Part shown: piece by piece, positions 28,801 through 38,800 of the stretch | Position numbering within the stretch: position 1 is the first letter of the stretch | How the letters are laid out: each line of letters starts with the position of its first letter | Notes under the pieces: generated by a model | Database searches by the model: none | What the model saw: only the letters and a program-made list of their open reading frames with translations | Told to the model about the DNA's origin: nothing | IMG/VR virus record: IMGVR_UViG_3300021254_001514 | Span: 1 to 64,000 of that record | DNA length: 64,000 nucleotides | Reading direction: 5' to 3' (one strand) | DNA from: a virus | Lineage: Duplodnaviria > Caudoviricetes | Position numbers and translations under genes: made by a program

Positions 28801-31413
28801 AATAAAAGGAAGGCTATCTTGTAGTGAGGCTATTGCTGCCACTTTTGTATAAACAGCCTCATTATTTTTATTATCATTTATATATTTCTGTGCCTGTGCC
28901 CACGTAGTTACGTTAGCAAGTCTAATTAATTCGCCTTTTTTTTCAGTAATTGCTTTTTCCGTAGCGGCCTTTTGTTCAACGTAAATATCTTTCCAACTCT
29001 CGATTTGATCTCGTTCATTCTTTTTATTTGGAAGATATTCCTGTATTGCATTATATGCAGAACCAAGTTCATGTAAATGATAATAATATCCTATTGAATC
29101 ATCAGTAGATAAATATAAATCCTTATTTAATTGTCCACCGTCTAATAATCCTTGACTTATATAGTAATCAAAATTAAGAATAAAATCAGTTAAAGGATAA
29201 TTTTCTTCACTACGACCGATTGCACAATATCCTTGTTTACCAAATTCATTATTATTGGGTGGAACAATGACCTTTGTAACAATCTGATTAGATTGAACCG
29301 TTCTTTGAATAGATTTTAAATCAATTCCATAGATAAAACTTAGTCCAGTTTCTTCGCCTACAGTCTCTACAAAATTAATATGTTTTTGAGGTTTCCCGTT
29401 TATGTAGATGAGATTGCCGTTTTCTTCATGTTCAATAGTAAATCTAACCCAACATTCAAAAGTCTCTGCAATAGTTTGTAGAATGTTAAAACGATTAGAT
29501 TTTTCTACCGTAATACTTCTTATCTTTTCATAGTCATCGTTAAACTGCGGTTTAACATAGCTTAAATTTAACGGTTCTGTTGCTTTGTATAAATATTTTA
29601 TTTCTTTCGGGTCTGTAATTTTGGACGCGGTAGTTTTAGTTTTATTATAGTAATTATAATAAACCTTTGATACAGATTGTGTATCTAAATCACCAGGATT
29701 AATACGGACAATATTGCCATTTGCGTCCTCGCCTTCTACATATTTAAAAACTTGTATTTCTTCTATCCATAAATCGCCCCTAATTAAATTCAGTACAAAG
29801 CGAACCCCATTATCTCCGTAAGTTTCTGATCGTGGAAAAGATTTTATACAAGTTAATTCCCGTTCAACCCAGTGTGTCGCGCTATCATATGTAATTGCAC
29901 CGAGTCTAAAGAATGTCTCTGACGCGCCAGCCCCACGCTGAATATACAGATTTATCCTTGGGTCAGTGCTGCTTGCAGTAACATAAGTATCGCTTGGTAA
30001 ATTACCGTTGCTCTTTCTAGCTTTGTATCTAAATATATACTTTTCTCCAATAGAAATTCCATTTGGAATATAGTTAGATAATTCTTTTAAGCCAGAATTA
30101 CTATACTTACCAGCATTAGGGTCTGAAGTTGACCCCATTTTTAATAATAAATAACTTTTTGAATCTAGCCAGTCATCCGCAGTTTGTGCGCTGGACGCGC
30201 TAATCTCTGGATAAAGTTTAAAGATTGGTATGTTAGAACCTTGCTCTGCCTGCCATCCATCTGTAGTAGTAAAATCTTTATTATTTACGAAAAGATTATT
30301 AACAGAAGTTGGTGATTTAAACTCAGAACTTCTATGGCAATAAATTACGTCGTCTTTAGAAATTAATCCAGAGTATGGGTCTTGTGAACCACTAGGAGCA
30401 TCTGCTGTTGCTTTATATACATAGCAATATTTATTAGTTAAAGCATCATGTACGCATACTTGAGACTGAACAAGGCGCGAAGCCCTATATCTAAAAGAGA
30501 TTCCTTCTAAGTAATAAACAGCACCAATAATAGAACCATTTACTTTGAATACAACATACTGTACTCCATCAACTTCGGTCTTTTCCCAAGTACACCCTTC
30601 TATTTTATAATTAGTACCATTAGATACTAATTGTCCGTTTGTTTCTGTTGTATAATTTGAACTATACACAAATTCTAAATCTATAGTTCCTGAATTATCA
30701 CTGCTTTCTACTATCTTTTGAATTTCACTATAAAAAACTAAAACTGTTGAATCTTGAGGAATAGAAAAGGTCTCTTTTGTTATTTCATCAGTTGCATTAA
30801 ATTGTATTTCTGTAACAAGTTCATATACAGGCTCTTCTTTGTATTGACGAAGTATATCATTTCCTGTTTCACTAATATCCCAATCAGTGCCTTCTACTAC
30901 TTTTTTACCCAGTTCTACTGCGGTGCCTTGGTTGTTTTCCAATTCCGTATCAAAAGTTAATTCAAAACCGGTTTTAGATAATTCATTAATAAAACTATCA
31001 ATACAGGTATATGTAATAGATTTTCCGGCAGAGTCCTCTTGGCAATTTTTTATTACAAAATCATACCATTTGTTGTTGAAAAGAACTTTTACTTTTCTTT
31101 CATTTACAAGATATGGAAGATACGGATTTTGTACATTCGTTTCATCATAAACGATCTTTTTAATTTGTTGACCATTAATAGTAACATATTCATCTTCAAC
31201 ACTTTCTTTTTTATAGCTATAATACATTTTGAAAGTAAAGGTGTTTGTACCATTTATATTAGATACAAGTTTTGGCTCTACTGCACGACTCCTATCATTC
31301 ATAGCATTAGAACCAATTATAGCTATCTTCTTTTCTTCGTAATGTTCAGGAACATTACCTGTTGCAGGGACTAAATAATCTTCCCATAATGATATTTCAT
31401 ATTTACTTGTCAT
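25855..31413 (-). CDS. Large tail-tip protein (Tal / central fibre-like, 1852 aa)
   Basis: Follows Dit; coiled-coil centre and beta-rich C-terminal half (FQVTKNGSLYA, FIVYEDGSIVA repeats). Confidence 0.75.
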   Translation of the reverse strand: MTSKYEISLWEDYLVPATGNVPEHYEEKKIAIIGSNAMNDRSRAVEPKLVSNINGTNTFTFKMYYSYKKESVEDEYVTINGQQIKKIVYDETNVQNPYLPYLVNERKVKVLFNNKWYDFVIKNCQEDSAGKSITYTCIDSFINELSKTGFELTFDTELENNQGTAVELGKKVVEGTDWDISETGNDILRQYKEEPVYELVTEIQFNATDEITKETFSIPQDSTVLVFYSEIQKIVESSDNSGTIDLEFVYSSNYTTETNGQLVSNGTNYKIEGCTWEKTEVDGVQYVVFKVNGSIIGAVYYLEGISFRYRASRLVQSQVCVHDALTNKYCYVYKATADAPSGSQDPYSGLISKDDVIYCHRSSEFKSPTSVNNLFVNNKDFTTTDGWQAEQGSNIPIFKLYPEISASSAQTADDWLDSKSYLLLKMGSTSDPNAGKYSNSGLKELSNYIPNGISIGEKYIFRYKARKSNGNLPSDTYVTASSTDPRINLYIQRGAGASETFFRLGAITYDSATHWVERELTCIKSFPRSETYGDNGVRFVLNLIRGDLWIEEIQVFKYVEGEDANGNIVRINPGDLDTQSVSKVYYNYYNKTKTTASKITDPKEIKYLYKATEPLNLSYVKPQFNDDYEKIRSITVEKSNRFNILQTIAETFECWVRFTIEHEENGNLIYINGKPQKHINFVETVGEETGLSFIYGIDLKSIQRTVQSNQIVTKVIVPPNNNEFGKQGYCAIGRSEENYPLTDFILNFDYYISQGLLDGGQLNKDLYLSTDDSIGYYYHLHELGSAYNAIQEYLPNKKNERDQIESWKDIYVEQKAATEKAITEKKGELIRLANVTTWAQAQKYINDNKNNEAVYTKVAAIASLQDSLPFINDQITKLTSAYNKLNEDIEEKEEEQEGYSDQIKALNEKFFNKYSRFIQEGTWYSDDYEDDNLYYLDALSVAYTSSRPQVSYNISVLKLDALEEFKSKVFNLGDIGSIIDTDFFGYVYINGIKTPYKEKVLISEVTYNFDEPEKDSFKIQNYKTQFEELFQRITAQTQALQFASGQYARAANVVTTQGTIQASTLEASLQANQNLVYSAKNELVKNDSTGITVSNSQNPNYKTKVTSGGVFVTTDGGTTWTSAVNGNGVSANLITSGQLDTKEVVIIDGNYPTFRWDTEGITAYNHTESGANFGKFVRFDQYGVYGMNKALDGANYVPANEQAIWDDGRFGLTWKGFFLKSITGQGQVEISTDNDILVSQNKEVSGEVQTIDRIKIGRINDPNEATKYGMVINDADGNTVLEAKDNGELWLEDKLHIVHREDTSGGETQVYDVKIGNLGIAQGEDKAQVINSSDNFIVYEDGSIVAKEGTFSGEISASTGSIGGFTIGEKGIYSKAGEGTEDNFDPYIKIESDDGTESNQTSITVGDIVLNGTDSTIEANGGQAFSISPELAVFNNIQARGKISSVIFETDKTQVVGGVMFFKTAYKVESTDITENSGTIYLEEEYSGSVGDYIYVINSNGRNVSLGKVTSISSSSDEGHPYINAIFRSNIDSTEVFSIVSLGKDGEIVIGINSTENSIESLKSQGITISEVVAQEGTEQIPVSATFNTKAFLGNLSNLNISGVSGYGLYSSNAFLNGSLTTQIDGNNYAGINTMAPVISDKFGGEDNDGNRIIIWGGANSTTEEGIRNAAFQVTKNGSLYANKGIFEGTVRSADIEASRIHGIGENGAPGLSFFNTTNGIAFYDVDYDEDQTQTPVFIIGQTGFTANGESFISINNGAASFVGSAAELGNLYTTGDDSLHIYEDKIDSSGGAKLELNNEEIKLYKDEDTNISMTDSEISINNDKVNVEGSLSIKNKMQYKPVTNGCNLYIM

Positions 31414-31428
31414 TATTTAGTCACCTCC

Positions 31429-32772
31429 TTAATAAAATAAATAATCATACTGAACTTGTTCTATTTTTTTTGAATCATCATTTGTCGAAAGGACGCTAAA
31501 ACCAGGTGGAAGTTTAAAAAAGTCTCCCGCAGTGATTAAATCATTTGCTGTACGGACTGGAGCTTTATTAATATCACAATAATTTACTAAATTTGTTTTG
31601 GAGTCTATAGATAAATAAACATATTGCTTATTATCTTCTGGTTCAGAAAGACACAAAACGGGGTTAGTTTCATTTCCATAGGAACTAGTTAAAGATAAAA
31701 TAGTGATTCCTTCGTATTCAAAAGTACCACCATCTTTTATTTTTGGATTACTTTCTATATTAGTATCACTAAATTGCGCCCATGTTCTTCCTAAGTGCGC
31801 AGTTAATTCAAAACAAGATTGACTACTATTATATCGGATTCCATTTAATTGTGTATAATATAATTTTCCATTAAGTATTTGGTCTTGTTGGTCAACCTCG
31901 TATTCTTCTGCATAGCAAAAAATGAATTTTGGACAAGAATATAAGGTACTTGGTGACTGTTTCGCGCGAGCCATTACTTCCTCTAAAGCAGTTTGTCCAG
32001 TTGGAATATAGAGTATTTTTAATTTAGGAATAGATTGTACTTCTTTCCTAGTTAAATCATCTTCAATAGGAAACATATACGCGCCATAAACTTGATTATA
32101 AGTATTAACTCTCATAGAAGTTGTGTTTCCAGTTCTTATTGGAATCCAAATAGTCGGATCAGCCTCTATATCCCCTGCATTGTATAATTTTATAACGCTA
32201 CTATTGTGACCATCATAATCACCCTGACTGTCTAACATTGTGGTCGCGTTTTTCCACTCGTTAATATTATTCCAAGACGGAGTTCCTTCAGGATCATCCT
32301 CTGTATTTACATATTGATCTAAAAATTTATAATAAGACCGCGCATATGGATAGTAACAAATAAACTGAATAGTTCCTTCTCCTTTATACACTCTTTGCTT
32401 TGTGCCATTGACTTCTTCGTCAAAACAAAGAAAGTTAAATTGCGGCGGCGCCTGTATTTTTGCGGTATAAACCTTATAAGGCTCTTCATCAAAGATTAGC
32501 GGCCCGGTATCTTTTCCATTAAAGTGATGTCTAAATACCCGATACTGAAATTCTGTCATAGAATCGGTAGCAAAATTTATACTAAAAGTTCTATTTGTAT
32601 AGTTTGAACTAAAAAAATAAGTCCCATCTCCTCCCGGAACAGCAACGGTTTTGTCTTGAAAGGCCGGTACTAAATTGCTTTGATACCTACTTCCGTTACT
32701 GACCCTAACAATACCAAATTCAGAGGAATGGTGACCATTAAACCAAAATCCATAAAAATCCATACTCGCCAT
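31429..32772 (-). CDS. Distal tail protein (Dit) with an inserted domain
   Basis: GFWFNGHHSSEFG, VPGGDGTYF, LIFDEEPYKVY; directly after the tape measure gene. Confidence 0.8.
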   Translation of the reverse strand: MASMDFYGFWFNGHHSSEFGIVRVSNGSRYQSNLVPAFQDKTVAVPGGDGTYFFSSNYTNRTFSINFATDSMTEFQYRVFRHHFNGKDTGPLIFDEEPYKVYTAKIQAPPQFNFLCFDEEVNGTKQRVYKGEGTIQFICYYPYARSYYKFLDQYVNTEDDPEGTPSWNNINEWKNATTMLDSQGDYDGHNSSVIKLYNAGDIEADPTIWIPIRTGNTTSMRVNTYNQVYGAYMFPIEDDLTRKEVQSIPKLKILYIPTGQTALEEVMARAKQSPSTLYSCPKFIFCYAEEYEVDQQDQILNGKLYYTQLNGIRYNSSQSCFELTAHLGRTWAQFSDTNIESNPKIKDGGTFEYEGITILSLTSSYGNETNPVLCLSEPEDNKQYVYLSIDSKTNLVNYCDINKAPVRTANDLITAGDFFKLPPGFSVLSTNDDSKKIEQVQYDYLFY

Positions 32773-32827
32773 TTCTAAAACCTCCTTTACTCTCTTTTAA
32801 TAAGTAGCTTTTTCTAATTTTGTATCC

Positions 32828-32859
32828 AAAAAGTTGAGGGTCTTTACAAGACCCTCAAC
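32828..32859 (-). terminator. Intrinsic terminator after the tape measure gene
   Basis: Minus strand GTTGAGGGTCTT-gta-AAGACCCTCAAC-TTTTT. Confidence 0.8.
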
Positions 32860-32869
32860 ATATAAAATA

Positions 32870-35800
32870 TTATCTAATAAATCCAATAGAAGTAGTGTTT
32901 CTATAAGCACTATCATCCTGAATCTGTTTCTTAATCTTTTCTGCTAACTGATCTACATCGTAATCAGAACCAAGCTCAGCAGATATATCAATATCGTAAT
33001 AATTATTACCACCCGCGCCAAGTGAAGATTGATTACCATTTTTATTTAAAGAGCTTAAGGTATCTATTAAAGAAATAAAGTTCTGAGTATCTTGTTGATT
33101 AAGTACAAGTTCAGGTTTTGTTTTTGTACCATCGAGCCAAGCGGGGCCTGTAAAGTCTGCGAGACCACCAGTCTTAAACAATTTATACTCTGTTGGACTA
33201 CCATTTTTATCTACTTTTGCTGCTTGGAAACCAATGTTAGCTTTCTTCACGGCTTCAATTAAATCATTCGTCCAAGTCTGTTTACCAAAACTACTTAATG
33301 AGTTATATAGGTCATTATTTTTAAGTAACTTTTCGAGTTCAGAACCTATAACGCCATTAGTAAGAGCTTGTTGAATAAGTGGTCCAACCGTATTCCATAA
33401 TGTGCCATTCTCTTGGTCAATTTTTAGTTGCTCTCGCATTATTTCGATCTGATTAGCTCTTTGCTCAGCCGCCACATCAGCCTCATCTTGCATCTGTTGC
33501 AAGGATTGGTCAATTAAAGAATCTTGATAACTCTGTCTTGATTCTTCAAGTTCTTTTTCAAGTTGAAGTATCTCTTTTTGATTTGCACCAGAAGTATCTC
33601 TTCTTAAATATTCAAGACGAGACTCTCTTTGAGCTATTTCCTCTTCAGTCTTTTCATTTTGTCTAGCCTGTCGCTCCGCTTCAACTTGTTGCCTCATATC
33701 ATCAATAACTTTATCACTAGAATCTTTTATTGTGTCAGACAGGTTTTCGAGTTTATCAATCTCTTTTTCTCTTGCGGCTATAACTGCGTCAAGTACACGA
33801 TCTTCTAAGCTTTTAAAAGAATCAACCATAGATTTATTTAATTCATCAATGGCATCTTGGGCTTCATTCATTCCGTCTAAGGCTTCTTCGTAATAATTTG
33901 CCTGGTCTTGAACATAGTTGTAATAGGCTTCAATAAAAGAACCTAAATCATCCGCGCCTTCAACATTTTGAACACCATGAACTTTGTTCCAGGCTAAAAA
34001 CTGCTCATTATTACCAATTCTATCATTACCTATCATCATAGAATGAGTATTAAAATCATAATGAATTAAATCCATCATTTCTTTATAAGCAAATAACGGA
34101 CTACCTTTTTTCGCGTTAGCTATATTTCTAAATTGAACCCTCTTTCCTTCTGCATTAACATAACTACCACCTTGCCCTTTATTTGCATTCTCAACATCTT
34201 TCTTCTTCTGATTCATTATAGCTTCTTGAAGATCTTTTTGTTTCTTCAAAGCCATTACTTCGTCTTCATAAAGCTTATAAGATTGAGCATTAGTTTGATT
34301 AGTGTCTCTAACAGTCTTTTGGAAATCCCTTTCTAATCTTTCTCTAATTTTCATTAAAGATTCTGTTTCTTTAAGAGCATTATGTAGTTTATCATAAGGA
34401 TTAGTCCAAAGAGCAGTATTTTTGTTATCTGCTGCCTCACTAGACTTTTTTCCTCCACCTCCAGTTGAGCCTGTTGGAGGGTTATAAGTAGTAGGAGTAG
34501 AAGAACCTACAGCATTAAAATGGAGCTGTTTTGGAACTCTTAATTTATAATGCTGTTTTACCATTTCCGCTACAGCACCAGCCGATTGAATATATCCTTT
34601 AGTATCTCCAACTCTACCATTACTAAGCCAGTCAACTTCAATATCTTCATATTCAACCTGAGTATCAAAACCTGCTGCTGCCCAAACTTTAGCAAGTTCA
34701 TTAGCAGACATTGTACCAGTTCTCAGCATTTCATTACATTTATCTATAAAAGATTGAACTCCTGCGTCGACATTGGTCAAGTCCATCCCAGGCTCTAGGT
34801 CTGGTAAATCTAAGTTTTCTAATTCCCTCGAAAGTTCATTGATTTTGTTCCAGGTTTCCCTATCAGCAACGGGGTCGAATTGATCTCTAATTTGGATAGT
34901 TATATCCTTAGCCGCAGCCAATCTTAGCTGCTCTATAGCCTCCATGTCCCCTTGCGCAGCTTGCTGTAAAAGTTCCATATTTTCAGAACTTTCCCAAAAA
35001 GCGTCTGATAATGGTTCCGTTACATTTAACAACATTCCAACTGATTCCTTTAGGTCGTTAAAAACCTCGGAATCTACTGCGGAGTTGGCTTTTATTAAAC
35101 CAGTGTTTTCATCAATTAAAGCGTTCCAATCTTCATAACTATCACTAATTTGTTTAAGACCTTTATTAAATTTAATATTTAAGAAAGCTACTTCCGCAGC
35201 AGTCGTGTTATCAAGTTCTTTATTAGCTTTCTTAAGCTCAGTGGCTAAATGTTCTATCTCAGAGGTATCTATATCTATCTTATTTGCCTCTTCGTACATA
35301 GTAGTTATTTGACCAAGCTCAAAAACTGCCGACTGACTACCTTTTTCTATTTCAGTATATAATTCTGCATAAGCCTCTTGAGTAACACCGGCTTGAGCCG
35401 CTTGAACTTTTAACGCTTTAACTGCTGCCTCATCGCCTTGCATACCAAGATCGGCATTTTGAGTAGCAGTATTGGTACTCTGATAAGTTAGTATTTTGCC
35501 TTCTTGTGTTGCTTTAGCTTGAGCAGCTTTATTCTCAGCATAGTTATTCATGGTTGTAAAGAGTTTGTCTAAGTAACCATGAATTTGTTCCTCTGAAAAG
35601 GAATCCGCAGAAGAATTTTGGTCTATGCCAAGTAACGTACTCAGGTCTACTCCACCCGCACGAAGGTTATCTAAATATCCCTGAAAAACGTCTTTTAATT
35701 CTTGTCCTTGAAGAGAAGCTCGATCTTCTAATCCAGAAATAACATCATGAGGAGTACCGCCTTCATAACTAAGATAAGAAGATTCTCCCAAGACCTCGGC

Positions 35801-38800
35801 CGCCTTGATTTGATTATCAAGCTGCTTGTTTGCTTCTTCTAATACTGCTCGTGTGTTTTCGTCTAAAGCAGCGGTCAGGTTTTCCATCCTTTGACCGACA
35901 TATATATAGTTACCAGATAAATCTTTCTCAAAATCAGCAGCTATTTCCGGAGCAACCTTTATTAAGTTATTATATTCATCTTCTGAAAAAGTCCTGTCAT
36001 GCTCACCAGTTCTAATATCTTTTTGAAGTTGACCAATCGTGCGTATTTGTTCAATAATATTGTCCATATTGAACTGTTTTACTGAATGCGCGCCAGCTTC
36101 TATAGCTTTAATGAATCCTTGCATTTCAGATTCAGCAAAGATTGATTCACCGCCAAGATCGGCTAATATATTAGGTAAATCTTCTACCTCATCAATATTC
36201 CTCGGATCTATCATATTAAGCGCGGCAGCAACTTTTTCAAGATCGCCTGCACTTAAACCTTCTAAATAATCACTTATATTCTTTGAAGCTTCTTTTCCTG
36301 AGGCAGCGATTATATTATTGAAAAATTCACTAAAAGTTTTTACAGTACCAGCATCAGCATTCTCTAAGCTATCTTTTATTTCTTTTGGTAAAGATTCAAG
36401 ATACTTGTTTATGACTTCTAATGAATTAGTTGATGCATTTATAGCATCACTAATTATTTGTTCGTATTCAGTACTATCTTTTATTTCATTAGTAACTTCT
36501 TTTCCTGTCAAATAAGTATAAAGTGCATCTGTATTTCCGCTAAGACTATTAATTCTTTTTGCTTGCTCTTCATTTAATCCTAAGCCATTTTCTTTTCCAT
36601 AAATACTTTTTAATAATTCTCCTTGACTACCATCTAGCGCTTTAGCAAACTCTCTTGTAGCTTCAGTAGCCTTATCCATGGCATCAAGCTTCGCAAGCTC
36701 AGCTGATATTTCTTTATCGGAAATTTCTTCAACATTACGAGCTTTTAATAAATCATCGTAGTTGGTATACCCAAGTCGACCAGCGAGTTCGTTCTGTAGT
36801 TTTTGTCGATTCTCACCTTCATACTTACTAGTATCTACCGCATCTTCATAAGCTTTTAATCTATCAGAACTTAAAAAGTTATTTATGTATTTATTTTGTT
36901 CTTCTGTAAAATTTTCAGAACTTTCGATCTGTGCTGCGGTAGCTTTATAATAAGCTTCAAGTTTAGAATCGTTAGCTAATAATGTTTCGCCAGTTTTTCT
37001 CATGGCAGAAATCCATTCACCACCATTCTGTTTGGCGGCTTCAGCTAGTTGTTCCGTGGTTACCCCGAGCTTTTTAATTGATTCAGCATCTCCTGCTAAG
37101 GCTCTTGCAACATCTTCGTTAGTACCAAAAGCTGATGCGGTTATTGGATCAAAAAGTTCTTGTTGTTTACTAGTTAAAGCTTTATTTTGAGCTTCTATTA
37201 AGTCTCTTTGTGTAGAAATATTAATAAGTTGAGCATTTGATGCTCCTCTAGATTGATTACTTAAAATACTTTGTACTTCTGAAGAATTTGTATCTAAGAT
37301 AAGTTGGCCATTATTATTCTTAACATATTGAGCTAATTCACCATAGTTTTCAATCAAGTCAAGAACTTGTTTATTGGTATCCTGTACAGCATTTTTCCAC
37401 TCAGTAGTACCAACTGTCATTTTCTCAATGTTGGATTGAGATTCTTTCAATGAGTCAAGAGAATTCTTTAAGTCGTTATACCTTTTAGTAGCTTCTTCTG
37501 CTCCTTTCGCCGCGGCTTCCGATTTTTCTTGAACTTTCTTTAATTTTTCTTCAGGACTTTCTGATTTAAAAGCCTTAAAAGCGTTAACAAGAAGTAATCC
37601 TGCGCCCGCAGCTATTTTTAACGGTGTAGGTAATGCTTTGATCTGTGGACCAAAGGTCATAAGAGCTGTGCCGGCTTGAGAAAAAGTGTCACTAAGGGTT
37701 TGTCCAATCTTACCTACTGTTGAATCTGATTCTTTAGCAAAATGGTTTATAGCCGCGCCAACCATTGCAAGTCCTACGCCGACAGCTCGATAACTAATAG
37801 TAACCTTTTTATTTACCTGTTCTACTTGGCCACCCCAATCTCTAACGGCCTGATTGGTACTATTTAAAGTTACTCCATATTTAGAAGCCGCCTGAACAGC
37901 ACTTTCGTACCCTTTAGTTTTATAGACAGTAATGATTTCTTGTTTTTGTTCATCAGTTAATTTACTACCCTTTGACTCCCCTTCTTTTATTTTTAATCCG
38001 CTTAAAGATTTCTTTATGGATGTCAGGGCTTCCTTTGAAGGCTCCCCTACTAGCTTTTTTGAAATTACTTTTTCTGTAGTGAAGAATTTCTTTAGACCTT
38101 CTTTAAAACCTTTTCCATAGGATTGACTATTAGTTTCTCCTGTCTCTTCTAATTCGCTTCCTTCTTTTCCTAATTCTTTATTAACTATGCCTAAACTTTT
38201 ACCGATATTACCTAATAGTTTATTACCACCAGTCTTACCAAGTTTAAAACCACCAAAAATTAAGCCTATTCCAGCAAAACTTTTTGTCCAGCTACCACCA
38301 AACTTTCCGACCGTATCTAAAACTTTATTCAAACTGCCTATTAACTTAGTTAAAAGATCGACAACAAGTTTAATAGCCTCGTTGTTGGCTAAGGTCATTA
38401 AAAAAGTATCCCAGGCATTTTTTAACTGATTTAATTTAGTTTGTAAAGAGTCAAGTGTTTTTGCAAATTGTTCCTGAGAAGCCCCTGCTGCGTCATTAGC
38501 ATAACCTAATAACTCAGTCATTCTTGAGCTATCTTGCATTAAGGCAATAAAACGAGACTGCTGACGAGAACCGGCAGCCATTGTGGCAATATATCTTTGT
38601 TGTACTTGATCTAAGCTATCCCACTTAGATGACAGCTCAATAAAGATCTCATCAAGTCCTTTTGCACCAGTTAGATATTCATTAAGATTAATTCCTGCGG
38701 AACGAAGAGCTTGGGAAACCTTGTTTACATCAATTTCTTGGCCTTCCTCATCTGTTCCTAACAACTCTCCTTTTGAACGAAGCTCTTTTACTTCTGAAAA